Part shown: piece by piece, positions 1 through 11,716 of the stretch
Numbering within the stretch: position 1 is the first letter of the stretch
How the letters are laid out: every line of letters starts with the position of its first letter
NCBI GenBank assembly: GCA_951406725.2
Contig: OX597836.1
Coordinates: forward strand, 49,042,001 to 49,106,000
DNA length: 64,000 nucleotides
From: Octopus vulgaris
Lineage: Eukaryota
Reading direction: 5' to 3'
The notes under the pieces: model-generated
The model's database searches: none
Told to the model about the DNA's origin: nothing
Seen by the model: only the letters and a program-made list of their open reading frames with translations
Translations under genes and position numbers: made by a program

Positions 1-30
1 CATCTACTGGGGCAGAAACTACTAAAATAT

Positions 31-1300
31 ATGCCCAGGACGAGGGGGGCAGCCATCGGTGTTAGTATCGCTGGTGATGTGGCCAACCTCTTCATGGTAT
101 GGTGGGACAGAAGGCTTAAAGAATGCCTACTGCAGAAATCCATACTCGTAAACATGTACTCTCGCTATGTTGATGATATCAATATAGTAGTAAAGGCACC
201 CCCACAAGAGAGTACTGTTGATATAGTAATAGAAACTAATACTATGGAGAGCATCCAGCAAATAGCTAACTCCATCCACCAGAGTATTAAGGTCACAATA
301 GACTACCCCACTAAACACCCCAACCATAGACTACCAGTACTAGACACTGAACTCTGGCTAGAAATTGTGAAAATAAAACCCAAATCCTTCATTCATACTA
401 TGCAAAACCTATGGCCTCAAAATACCTGATCCACCGGAACTCAGCCATTGCGGGCAATGCCAAATTCAATATTTTGATGGCAGACCTCGTCAGAATAATG
501 AGAAATGTGTCACGCATGTGCGAGCCTACAGAATTAAAGAGACACATACAGTATTTCATTCACCGCATGCAGTTCTCAGGTTACAGCCATAAAGAAAGGA
601 TCAGAGTATACAAAGGAGCCATGAAGAAATTTGATAATATATTATGTAATGATAGGAATGGGATTTGCCCACTCTATAGGAACAAGTCATGGAACACTAT
701 AGAAAGGACAAAAAAGAAAATAGGAAGGCCAACTCTTGGTATGATAGCCATAAATACCAGAGTGTCATGTTCGTTGACACCACCCCTGGAGGTGAACTAG
801 CGTACCACTTTAGAAGGACCCTAGATAAACTTAAACTAAGAATTAAGGTTGTTGAAAAGCCAGGCAACCCTATCAGATCTATAATTGGTAGAAGCTATCC
901 TTTTAGTAGAACTCTCTGTACGGATAACTATTGCACTGTATGTAGATTTAGCCCACAAACGAACTGTAAAGCCAGAAATGTGGTCTATAGTATAAGATGT
1001 ATAGAGGGACGATGCAGTAACAAGACAGTAACATACGTAGGGGAAACTGCAAGAAGCATTGGTGAGCGGGTGAATGAACATTGGAGACAACTCAAGGAAG
1101 GTAAAAGCTCATCGATTCTGTACCAACACGCCGAACAAGAACACGGGGGATCAATCAATAACATAGAGATTAAGATATTGTCCACGCATAGAACAGATGC
1201 AACAATTAGACAAATTACAGAAGCTACACATATAATAGAAAATAAACCTAGCCTGAATAGAAAACTAGAATGGAGCAATAGCGCACACCACAACATATGA
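31..1300 (+). pseudogene. PLE RT-GIY-YIG polyprotein, two frameshifts (near 400 and 720)
   Basis: ORFs 31-429, 411-800 and 689-1300 join into one continuous PLE protein; its N-terminus lies outside the window. Confidence 0.85.
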
Positions 1301-1806
1301 CAATAGTGGATCCTGCAAACATAATAAATACACAGGTAATTAAAGAAATAGAAATGAATATCTATATATATGTATATGTGTATATATATGTATATGTATA
1401 TGTGTATATATGTGTGTATATATGTATATATATATATATGTATATGTATATGTATATATATATATGTATATGTATATTCTTTTTTTTTTTTTTCGATTAG
1501 ATTTATTATTATTATTACTAATATTGTTGTTATACATACATACAAGCATATGTAATGATAATAATGGGTGGATGTAAACACATGAACAAAATTAGAACAA
1601 AAGCAACAACAACAAAAACAAAATACAAATTACAAGAATGTATATAACCAGAAGATACAAATATTACAGACATCCCCCCCCACACACTAAATAAACATAG
1701 ACGCACATAGAGATATAAGCATGCGCAAATGAAGACATACAATAGAAATACAAAATGGCTGACGGTTAGTAAGGAGAGACACAAGTAAGTGAGAAGAAAA
1801 CAAAGG

Positions 1807-1848
1807 ACCACTGATGCGGTCACAGGAGTGTGACGAAAGAACTTTGGT
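1807..1848 (+). ncRNA. Type I hammerhead ribozyme motif in PLE pLTR (core CUGAUGC, A9C)
   Basis: acca CTGATGC g gtcac-aggagt-gtgac GAA AG-aa-CT T tggt: helix I acca/tggt, helix II gtcac/gtgac, minimal helix III. Confidence 0.7.
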
Positions 1849-1962
1849 GAAATAAGATTAAGATTAATGTAAAAAATAAATATCACTGAAGCAAAATAAC
1901 ACCAAATATATAGTGCGTGTGTTTTTATTGGCTAAACTGGCAATATGACCATTCCGAAATAT

Positions 1963-2053
<91 letters not shown>

Positions 2054-2068
2054 ATATGTATGTATGTT

Positions 2069-2112
<44 letters not shown>

Positions 2113-2127
2113 GTGTATGTATATTAA

Positions 2128-2733
2128 TAACTGAGGTATTAACAAAATGCAACATATCAGGTATTGAAACCATCCTCATCAAAACACAGCTGAGATGGTC
2201 AGGTGTCATCTCTCACGTGTGGGTGATATCAGAATTCCGAAGCAACTTCTCTTTGGCCAATTTCCAACAGGAAGGTCAGTTGGAAGGCCACGCTTTCGCT
2301 TCAAAGATAAACTAAATGACAATCTAAATTCCTTTTTCTTTCTGGGAAAACAAGGCATTAGAACGCAGGACCTGGCACCAGTACTGTTTCTCCTTAGTTC
2401 AAAGATTTGACCAAAATCGACTCCAACATCGGCACCGAATTCATGCAAGCATGAAGGTACGCTGACATAACGCCACTCCTCTAATTGGAAACCTTACCTG
2501 TCATGGTGGCTTTGTGGCACAAAGTAAAGCAGGCTTTGCCATCGACTGAAAGAAACCACATAGTAAATGATCCACAACACTCGAGCAAACTGAGTCCTCA
2601 ACTTGTTCCATTTGCCAAAAGGTTTGTAAGGTACCAGTAGGCCTCAAGAGACACATTCGCGTCCGTAGAACATGATTACCGCTTTATTTTACTGAAACGC
2701 CATTTGTCCTTCACGACAAGAGAATCAATCAAT
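2128..2733 (+). mobile_element. RTE-type LINE 3' fragment (degenerate)
   Basis: EVLTKCNISGIETILIKTQLRWSG / HLSRVGDIRIPKQLLFGQFPTGRSVGRPRFRFKDKL, a C2H2-like CSICQKVCK..GLKRHIR motif, and an (AATC)n tail. Confidence 0.75.
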
Positions 2734-3282
2734 CATATATATATATAAGTACTTTCGATTAGAGGTTGTGTTAACCTCATGAAGGGATGGTTTCACCCAA
2801 AGAAATACTGGTTTTATACCTAGTATTTTGGGGAAATTAATTTCCTTAAAATAATATGTATATGTATTTATAAACATAAAGTTTATCTCTTATTATAAAA
2901 GAAAAAGAAAATGGAGCTTGGGAAGTTAATAATTGTTTATTATTAACAGCAAATTAATCATCATCATTTACAGCCGTTTCAATTAATACTCAGTAAATAT
3001 TAATTAAATTCATCTGACCTGAGAATAATATCTTCAGAGGAGAAAGAAATAAACCATTGGGTGTTTTATATGTGGTTATGGATTCATTTTAGCAGACTGA
3101 TTCAATCTGCGATAAGCTTCGAGCAGTCTGTAGAAGGAATTAAAAACAACTTTCAGGAACAACAGCGCTTTATTGGTGTGTTGAGGTTTCTAAATTATTC
3201 TCATATCGAAGTTCAACAAGCTGAAAAAATTGTTTCATAGCTTACGGTTAGCCGCTAGGTTTGCTGTGTATGCGAATAAAAT

Positions 3283-3542
3283 TCCAAAACTAGGGAAGGA
3301 TTAGATAAAATCCAACCTACCTTTGTTTCATAGCAAGCAGAACCTCGGAAGTAGTAATTATCTAAACAAGGGATGATCCGGTAGCCACTCGTCGGGCCAA
3401 AGATACCTTAACCAAAGGCATCTTTGGCCCCAATGAATAGCTAGCGGATTACTCCTCGCTTGGGCAGTTACTACTTCTGAGGTTCTGCTAGCTATGAAAC
3501 ATAGGTAGGCTGGATTTTACTTAATCCTTCCTTAGTTTTGGA
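3283..3542. repeat. Long imperfect palindrome/hairpin (about 127-bp arms, 5-nt loop)
   Basis: 3283-3409 is the reverse complement of 3415-3542, with about 22 substitutions and one indel by manual alignment. Confidence 0.95.
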
Positions 3543-4430
3543 TATATATAAAGGTGTAGGGAATGGAGAAGGTAAATTCATACTACATATGTTTTGAAGG
3601 CAACTTGAACATATTTTATGTAACTCGTAACAGCTTAGCTTTTCTTCAGGTCAGATTACCTATGGGTGTAAGTCCTTGTTGCAAGGATAAAAGTGGAGAT
3701 TTTACTAATTTCGGCCATGGTAGAATGGTAGATGGATTTCCATACTCTTTCAGTCTTTTAAATTTCAGTTAAAGCATTAATCAACTCGAGACTCTAGTAG
3801 AAGACTTTTGTCCAAAATGTAACGCCGTGGGAACAAAACACATGTTCAAGATAACGATCATTTTGATTACACAACCATTTCTGCACCAATATGAATTTAA
3901 AATCCACAGTTCAGTGGGGCAATTACTATAATTTGAACTCTTGAATTGAAGATTGAAGTCTAGCCATAAGTAGTTTTGTCTGATATGAAACCAAAGATGT
4001 AATACAGAGTAGAAAGATTTGTTCAAACTTTACCAACATAGATGTTCAGTAGCAGAATAATAAGGATCCCAAAATAGTTCATGTCTTAGATTTGGTTCAT
4101 TAGTTAAGATTGTTTACTTGTTGACATAAGGTAATAAAAAAATAAGATAATGAGTCTCAACTAGAAGAGGGGAGAAGCGCATAACAAGAAGGATCACAAC
4201 TTTCAGAGATGTTCCTTCCTAACACTGTACATCCAGTGCTACCTAGGTGGACTTTGACACCATTTAAAGAATAACATCTTTCAAACATAATACAATTTCA
4301 AAACAAATTCTATATCATTTCACGCTTCTCTCTTAATTTCCAATCATCTTGCTGTTTTTAAAATAACCATGAAATTCCCAAGGGTGCGTCTTTATATGAT
4401 TTAAATTCTTTCATTTCGTTCAAAATATCT

Positions 4431-4947
<517 letters not shown>

Positions 4948-5018
4948 CTTTATTCAAAAGCGGCAGGAAATTCAACAAAACCTGTTACTCTGAGTGAAAC
5001 AAGTCAATTCCTCTCGAT

Positions 5019-5279
5019 CAGTGTTTCGCGACCATTTCCCCCCCCTACTTATGAATCCCTTTGATTTCTCTTTTATTCAACTGGACCCCTATATTCATTC
5101 GATTTTTAAAAATTACTTTTTTTTTTATTTTTACAACTAAATATTATCAGGAATTGCATTAAAACATTACTAAAATATTTTGGGTGTTGTTGGATAATAA
5201 ACCAATTTATTGGATATAAATCTTAAAAATAAAATCATGGATCGCTAATAGTCATATGGACCCCGTTTGAGAATCACTG
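5019..5279. mobile_element. hAT (Charlie-like) MITE
   Basis: TIRs CAGTGTTTCGCGAC / GTTTGAGAATCACTG; imperfect 8-bp TSD ctctcgat/atctagat. Related ends at about 6745-6789 and 63343. Confidence 0.65.
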
Positions 5280-5334
5280 ATCTAGATGCAGCACTCATTC
5301 CATTTATGACCATTGCATCGAAATAATGATATAT

Positions 5335-5530
5335 TGGTTTCAAATTTTGGCACAAGGCCAGTTTGGGGGGCGGCAGTCATGTCGACTTCATCGACCCCAG
5401 GATATTCACTCCAAAAAGATGAAAGGCACAGTCGATCTCAGTGTCATTTGAACTCACAACGTAAAGGCAGACAAAATGCCGTTAAGCGCTTGGCCTGGTG
5501 TGCTGGACATTCTGCTGGCTGGCCACCTCA
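5335..5530 (-). mobile_element. Second tRNA-like SINE family, degenerate copy
   Basis: Shares gttcaaat..ccgaggtcgactttgcctttcatc..ggggtcgat with copies at 7400-7580(+), 11932-12095(-), 13975-14190(-), 14280-14450(-), 14500-14615(+), 34180-34395(+), 35385-35490(+), 60190-60310(-) and 63455-63530(+). Confidence 0.7.
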
Positions 5531-5776
5531 AAGCGATGCCATATTAATTACAATTTAACGATATGTTACCGAGGGAGCTCTTAAATTGAGCGGTTGTATT
5601 TATATAATTTTTGAAGCATTAATTCAATATATTAAAAGACTCCCACACACGCGCACCCCCCTCCCACACACACACACATATGTTTAGTATTTTGTGTGTG
5701 TGTGTGAGTGTGTAAAAATGCATACATTAATACATAAATTGACAGAGAGATACAAACTTTGCAGATTTATGCAAAT

Positions 5777-5892
<116 letters not shown>

Positions 5893-6571
5893 ATGTGCGT
5901 ATGTATATACATACATATAGATAGTATATAGCGTGTATATATAGTGTATATACACACACATATATATATATGTACGTATGTAAGTGTGAGTGTGCGCGTG
6001 CGCGCATAGCGATAGATAGAGAGACAGACAGACAGACCGACGGATGCAGAAATATTTTAAAATCAAAGAGCTCAGAGATCAATAGAGGATCTCCTCTGAG
6101 AGCAAATATCTTGAATGTCTAAACACAGTTGAGAGATTCCAAAATATTTCTTTGTGTTTGAAACGTCTTGGAACCAATCTGATTCTCAACAGTTAAAGGA
6201 ATTCCTCCATGACACACGGCGTCAAAGAGTCAGAGACAAACTAAACAAACAAGGTTATTTCGTGTTAAGTGAACACTCATATTCACACCCCCCCCCCACA
6301 CACACATATATATATACAGAGAGACAGAGAGAGAGAGAGCGCGCACACACACACGCACGCACACACACACACACACGCACACATACATATACATACACAG
6401 AAACACATGTACATACACAAACACTTACTAGGAGAATAAATATATGGACAAGTGCCTTCCATTATAAGCTCGGATTAGCCAAAGCCTTATGAGTCGATTT
6501 GGTTGATGGAAACTGAAAGAAGCCCATCATATACATATACACGCACACACACGCATATATATCTATATATA

Positions 6572-6725
6572 TGAATTGAATATTTACGTCAAGTCCATTT
6601 AAAAGTGCTTGGCATTCTTTAAGTCTCCCTATACTTTCATGCCAAAGAAAGAAACAGTCACCCATGTATCTCTTCCAGTTATTTTCTATGCAGAGGGAGA
6701 TTGGGCTGCCGTATTTTTCTAGAAC
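6572..6725 (-). mobile_element. Degenerate PLE RT fragment
   Basis: ENNWKRYMGDCFFLW...LLNGLDVNIQF, matching the WxRYxDD...LN..IQF motif. Confidence 0.65.
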
Positions 6726-7336
6726 CTTACCACTAAATTTCATATGGACCCTCCCTGGAGTCATATGGAACGCCGTTGAGAACCGCTGGTCTCTTTAACC
6801 ACCAATCGAAGGCTCAAATTCAGATTTCACTGAATGAATTCGTTAAAGTTATTCCTTCGAAAAGATAGAGAATATCGGAATGGAATAGAAATACAGAAAA
6901 AGAAGGTTCTCATCCGTTTAAGTTCCCGCTGGAATTGTGGCGAAAGTATGTCTCGTAAGTATTATGTTTACATGCACAAAGAAGTTCAGAACTCCTATTT
7001 AAGATTGAATCCTTAGTGAAAAAGATCTTCCTTGCTTTCGTAACACACAAATCTGCAGACCTTCCATTGCCATTAAAAGATTTGACCTTTGTTTAAATAT
7101 TCCTTTGGATGTCCAATTGGATATTTTTATTCATTAGGCTCCAGATATATAGAGAAATTTTGAAATGAATATAGGTGTGTATAATATCCAACTTTTTATC
7201 TAATTCTTGTTAAACTTATGTAAGATTTTCTAGTCATAGGTGTGTTAACACTAGATTTACACATTAGTTCGTTAGGTGAATCTCATTGAGCGGTTCGGCA
7301 GGAAGAGACGGATGAATATCAATAAATATCAAGAAA

Positions 7337-7377
<41 letters not shown>

Positions 7378-7676
7378 AACAAATGCACACATGTAGATGG
7401 ATTGGCAGAATCGTTAAAAAGTCGGACAAAATATCTTATCACATTTCTTCCGGCTCTTTTACATTCTAAGTTCAAATGCAACCGAAGCCACCGCTGCCTT
7501 TCTTTCTTTTGGAGTCGATTAAATAATTTACCGGTTAAGTAATCGACTAACAAACCCTTGCGCCTAAATCGGAAAGAACATCATCATCATCATTGTTATT
7601 ATTGAGATGTATGTGCGCGTGCGCCCGTGCGTGCCAACACATACACGTACACGCACACTTATTAACTCACATACAT

Positions 7677-8005
7677 ATCATCATCGGCATCATCATTGTT
7701 CGACCGTGGTCGAGACAATGGAATTTACCATGCTACGCCAGACTTCACGGTCCATCATAGCATTACGGAGGTCCTGTTGCTGGATGCCTGTATCCCTGGA
7801 GATTACATCAGGGTAGGAGAGTGCGCGCCCTCTGGTATTGCGAGTAGATGGCTTCCAGAGGAGAAGAGTAGAAATTACTTCTTTTTCAGCTGTACAACAA
7901 TGTCCAGCAAACTGGACTCTTCTACCTTTCACAAGAGATGACACAGGTGGTAGTCTCCCATATATTTGCATTTTGGTTGGATGGCGCTTCCACGAGAGAT
8001 TTTGA
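7677..8005 (-). mobile_element. RTE-type LINE 3' end with (ATG)n tail
   Basis: [23 protein letters not shown]...LLLWKP...AMMDREVWR; near-identical copy at 47065-47330. Confidence 0.8.
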
Positions 8006-8019
8006 GCTCACATACATAT

Positions 8020-8314
8020 AGATAGAGAGACAGATAGGTAGATAGATAGATAGATTGATCGATTGATTAACAAATAGACACACAGGTATGTACGTTGATG
8101 GGAAGGCAGATGGGTAAGTTGGTAGATCGACAGATAGACGGGTAGATAGAAAGATAGATACGAAAATAGACATAGAGACAGAAAGGTAATTGAATATGTA
8201 AGGTTGGTACCAGATAGGTAAATAAGTTGATAGATGAATAGGGAAATAGCTAAACAAATAGATTGGTAGATATGTAGGTAAATAGACCGTCAGACAGGTA
8301 GACTCAGAGATAGG

Positions 8315-8345
<31 letters not shown>

Positions 8346-8346
8346 G

Positions 8347-8401
<55 letters not shown>

Positions 8402-8433
8402 GCAAACAGATGAACGCATATATGATATATATG

Positions 8434-8498
<65 letters not shown>

Positions 8499-8508
8499 GT
8501 ATGTATTT

Positions 8509-8582
<74 letters not shown>

Positions 8583-8605
8583 GGAGATAGATAGATAGAT
8601 GGATA
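8020..8605. repeat. Degenerate/perfect (GATA)n array with CA/TA interruptions
   Basis: Direct reading. Confidence 0.95.
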
Positions 8606-8895
8606 GAGGCCATCTCTGCTTCAGTTAGTTTTTGTTGTCTCTCTTTCTGATGGACACATTTCATATTCTTTAGTTTAAAGTGCAAAACACGTGATTTCCT
8701 CTTAGTCTTTGTATGTTGTAAACACAAGTTAGGCTGGGGGTGTGGGAGGGGGGAGGGGAGGCAGAGCACTTCTGTGAGTGAGTGTGTTGTGTGCGCGCGT
8801 ATATATTGCACCGAGTCAAAAATGCGAGAGAGAGAGAGAGAGAGAGCGGGGAGAGGGGGAACGAGAAAGTAGGAGGAGATCGAGTTTGTGGAACT

Positions 8896-8935
<40 letters not shown>

Positions 8936-9055
8936 TAGCAGCGAATGGAATATGGATGTGTGTGAGTGAGTGAATGAGAGAAAATGCGAAAGAGTGAGGA
9001 CGAGATGGATAGATAGATAGATAGATAGAGGGAGGAGGGAGATGTAGATAGATAG

Positions 9056-9107
<52 letters not shown>

Positions 9108-9129
9108 GGAGATGTAGATAGGTAGATAG

Positions 9130-9161
<32 letters not shown>

Positions 9162-9365
9162 GGAGTGAGATGTAGATAGGTAGATAGATAAAATGTTGTG
9201 TGTATATAGAGTGTGTACGTGTTTTAAATGTTCGTGGTGTGTGTGTGTGTGTGTGTAATGTACTCTGTGTAGTATGCTTTTATAGTGTGTAGTATGTGCG
9301 TGCGTGTGTGTATGTGTGTGTGTGTGTGTGATATACAAAGCAGCAGTGACGCTGCGGTGTGACTG

Positions 9366-9378
9366 GTTGCCAGGCAAC
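9366..9378. promoter_or_regulatory. Perfect palindromic RFX X-box
   Basis: GTTGCC-A-GGCAAC in a unique island between microsatellites, with a TGACG half-CRE about 15-20 bp upstream. Confidence 0.4.
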
Positions 9379-9924
9379 AAAGAGCCATTACATGACAATA
9401 CACCAACCCCTACCTCCCACCTCTCCCTCCCTCCTTCTTATTTCCGATCAATTCCAAGTGAAAATTGACTAATAGCTGGGTCTGTAACTGTGACCATAGT
9501 CATACATGCAGGAGCCAGAGAGGGGGGGGGATGGACAGAGAGAGAGAGAGAGAGGGGGAGTGAGCGGGAATGGTGCGGGAGCCTCCGCGTGGCCTCTAGA
9601 AATAGATGACAAATCTCCCTGAAAAATGTCTCAGTCATCTTCATATCTTTATTAATATTAGATAACATTGTTAAATACGAGATGGTCATTGCTGGAATGT
9701 CTCTAATGATAGTTTTGCACTATTAAAATGGACTTGGAATCAAAGAACAACGGCAAAAACAAAATAAAATACACAAATGCACACAACACATACGCATACA
9801 CACATATACACATATATTTATGTATGTATGTTTATGTATATACATATATATGTATGTATGCATGTATGTATGTATGTATGTATGTATGTATGTATGTATA
9901 TCCACCATGTTAAACTGCTGAAAT

Positions 9925-10103
9925 CTACACGTTTATTTTTTTCATTCTCTCTATTTATTTTTTCTTATTCCTTTCTGTCGAAGGGCGTAGGCTCGAAACG
10001 TAAAAGACTTTTCTATTTTTCCCGAGCGTCAAACTGTTTGTCCCTACACTCTGTTGTCCCTACACCTGTCTTCGTCCTTTGGTTTTCTATAAATTTCAAC
10101 TAT
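9925..10103 (+). mobile_element. Short non-coding HHR element, family A (core CUGUCGA, A6U); HHR at 9971-10006
   Basis: cttt CTGTCGA a gggc-gtag-gctc GAA ACGT A aaag; homologous to 55418-55597(-). Confidence 0.75.
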
Positions 10104-10285
10104 ACGCACACATATACATATATATACACAAGAGAAATACTCAGATTTTAAAGTTTACTGCATATTCATACCCCCCACACACACACACACACATACACAC
10201 ATATACATGTAAGAGTAAGTGGACAAACGAAAGAAAGCGGCACTCAACACATTTCGTAGGAGTTACAGAAGTTTAGTACACTCGT

Positions 10286-10634
10286 CAAACGAACCAAACT
10301 CGTCAGGCGCGTAGAATTGAATGAAGGGAGTCCAGGATGGCTGCTTGGTACTGGGCTGCTGCTGGTCAACGCAAGCAACATAGTATTATTAATTTGGCGG
10401 CGACATCGGTCCCCGTTTTGAATTCTTTGGACCCCCTGCTAGGACAGGATATCTATTGGTGGTGACACTCCGTGTAGAGAGAGGGGGTCGGTTTGAATTC
10501 AGAACGAGAATTGATGTCGCTTCCAAATCAATAACACTATGTGGCTTGCGTTGACCTACACGAGCCTTACTATCCAGAGCTATCTTGTACTCACCTTCAT
10601 CGGTTCTACGTAGCTGAGAGGTTAGATTCGTTTG
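10286..10634. repeat. Long imperfect hairpin (about 150-bp arms, loop about 40-45 nt)
   Basis: ggtcaacgcaagc..catagt..gcgacatc..gaattc..gaccccct pairs with agggggtc..gaattc..gatgtcgc..actatg..gcttgcgttgacc. Pairing extends out to cgtagaa/ttctacg and caaacgaa/ttcgtttg. Confidence 0.9.
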
Positions 10635-11537
10635 GTGGGGCCAGGAAGATGTCCAAGTGCTGTTAGATCACGTGAACTCAATAATGCCATCCATACAGTT
10701 CACAATGGAAAAGGAAAAAGATAATCAGATAGCATTCCTGGACGTATTAATAACACGCGCCAAGTATGGATTCAGGACATCCGTATACCACAAGCTAACT
10801 TTCATTGGATGATACCTCAGCTTCAATTCCCGCCATCCATACAGTGTAAAGAGAGGAATTGCTCAGTGCCTAAAACATCGAGCTATGAATATAAGTAGCG
10901 ATCGTGATACCCACCACGAAGAAATCATCAAGCTCAGTAACAATCTATTAAGCAACAACTACCCCAAAAACATACTATCCACTCCAATTATGAAAAAAAA
11001 AGAGAGGATAAAATCCATAAACTGACCACAGTCAGTTTACCCAATATGAAAGGCCTCTCCGAAAAGATACAAAAGATATGCGGCCCATATGACATCAGAA
11101 CAGTATTCAAGAGTAATACAGCACTTCACAAATATCTCCTTCGAGTAAAACCACCAATAGAAGAGAATATGACCAAAAACTGCGTGTACTCCATCCCATG
11201 CAGCTGTGGTAGGTTATACAATGCCGAAACATGCGCTCCCCGCCTCAAAATAAGGGTAGACGAAAACGGCAAAGCTGTGACATGAGGAGATATTGATAAA
11301 TCGGGTATAGCTGATCATGTATGGAAAGATGGAGATCACCTCTCCCTGTGGGATGAAGTTAAAATAATAGACAGAGAACACCACAGGAAAATACGAAAAT
11401 TAAAAGAAGCAGCACATATGCTAGGACACAACAACCTCCTAAGCAGACCGAGTGCAGATATGAGCAGCAAATGGGAACCAGTATTAAGGAAGGATAGGAG
11501 AATATTAGATTTATAAGCCCTAAAATTCACTCCATAA

Positions 11538-11602
11538 TTGCCGTAGTGGTTAAGAGCGCAGGCTACTAACCCCAAGATTCCGAGTTCGTTTCCAGGCAGT
11601 AA
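11538..11602 (+). promoter_or_regulatory. tRNA-like module (Pol III A/B boxes) in the PLE 3' region
   Basis: ccgTAGTGGTTAAGagcgcaggctactaacccc...GAGTTCGTTTCCaggca. Confidence 0.7.
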
Positions 11603-11670
11603 CCTGAACAATTAATAATAACATCGAAAGATACATTAGGAATGAGAACCCAGGTTCGAAATTTCCCCAA

Positions 11671-11716
11671 GACACCTGATGAAGGCTGGAGGGTATATCA
11701 GCCGAAACATTGTGTT
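11671..11716 (+). ncRNA. Minimal type I hammerhead ribozyme
   Basis: gacac CTGATGA a ggctg-gagggtatat-cagcc GAA ACAT T gtgtt; ACAT is probably a decayed ACGT palindrome. Confidence 0.8.

Larger units (their letters stand above)
1..1965 (+). mobile_element. Penelope-like retroelement, Naiad-like; 3' part of RT, Cys-rich linker, GIY-YIG endonuclease and 3' pLTR
   Basis: Three overlapping frameshifted ORFs give GAAIGVSIAGDVANLFMVWWD...YSRYVDD (RT), DYPTKHPNHRLPVLD, FVDTTPGGELA, CxxxxCxxC, and VVYSIRC...YVGETARSIGERVNEH (GIY-YIG). The downstream region has an HHR and ends in (TA)n at about 1966. Confidence 0.9.

Noticed and set aside
900-1360. Selenoprotein/SECIS as reported for some Naiad PLEs
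   Set aside because: The linker Cys codons are TGT/TGC, there is no in-frame TGA there, and I cannot fold a convincing SECIS after the stop.
3563-4026. Small ORFs next to the hairpin as a parvovirus-like or transposase gene
   Set aside because: No recognisable motifs, and the frames I translated have frequent stops.
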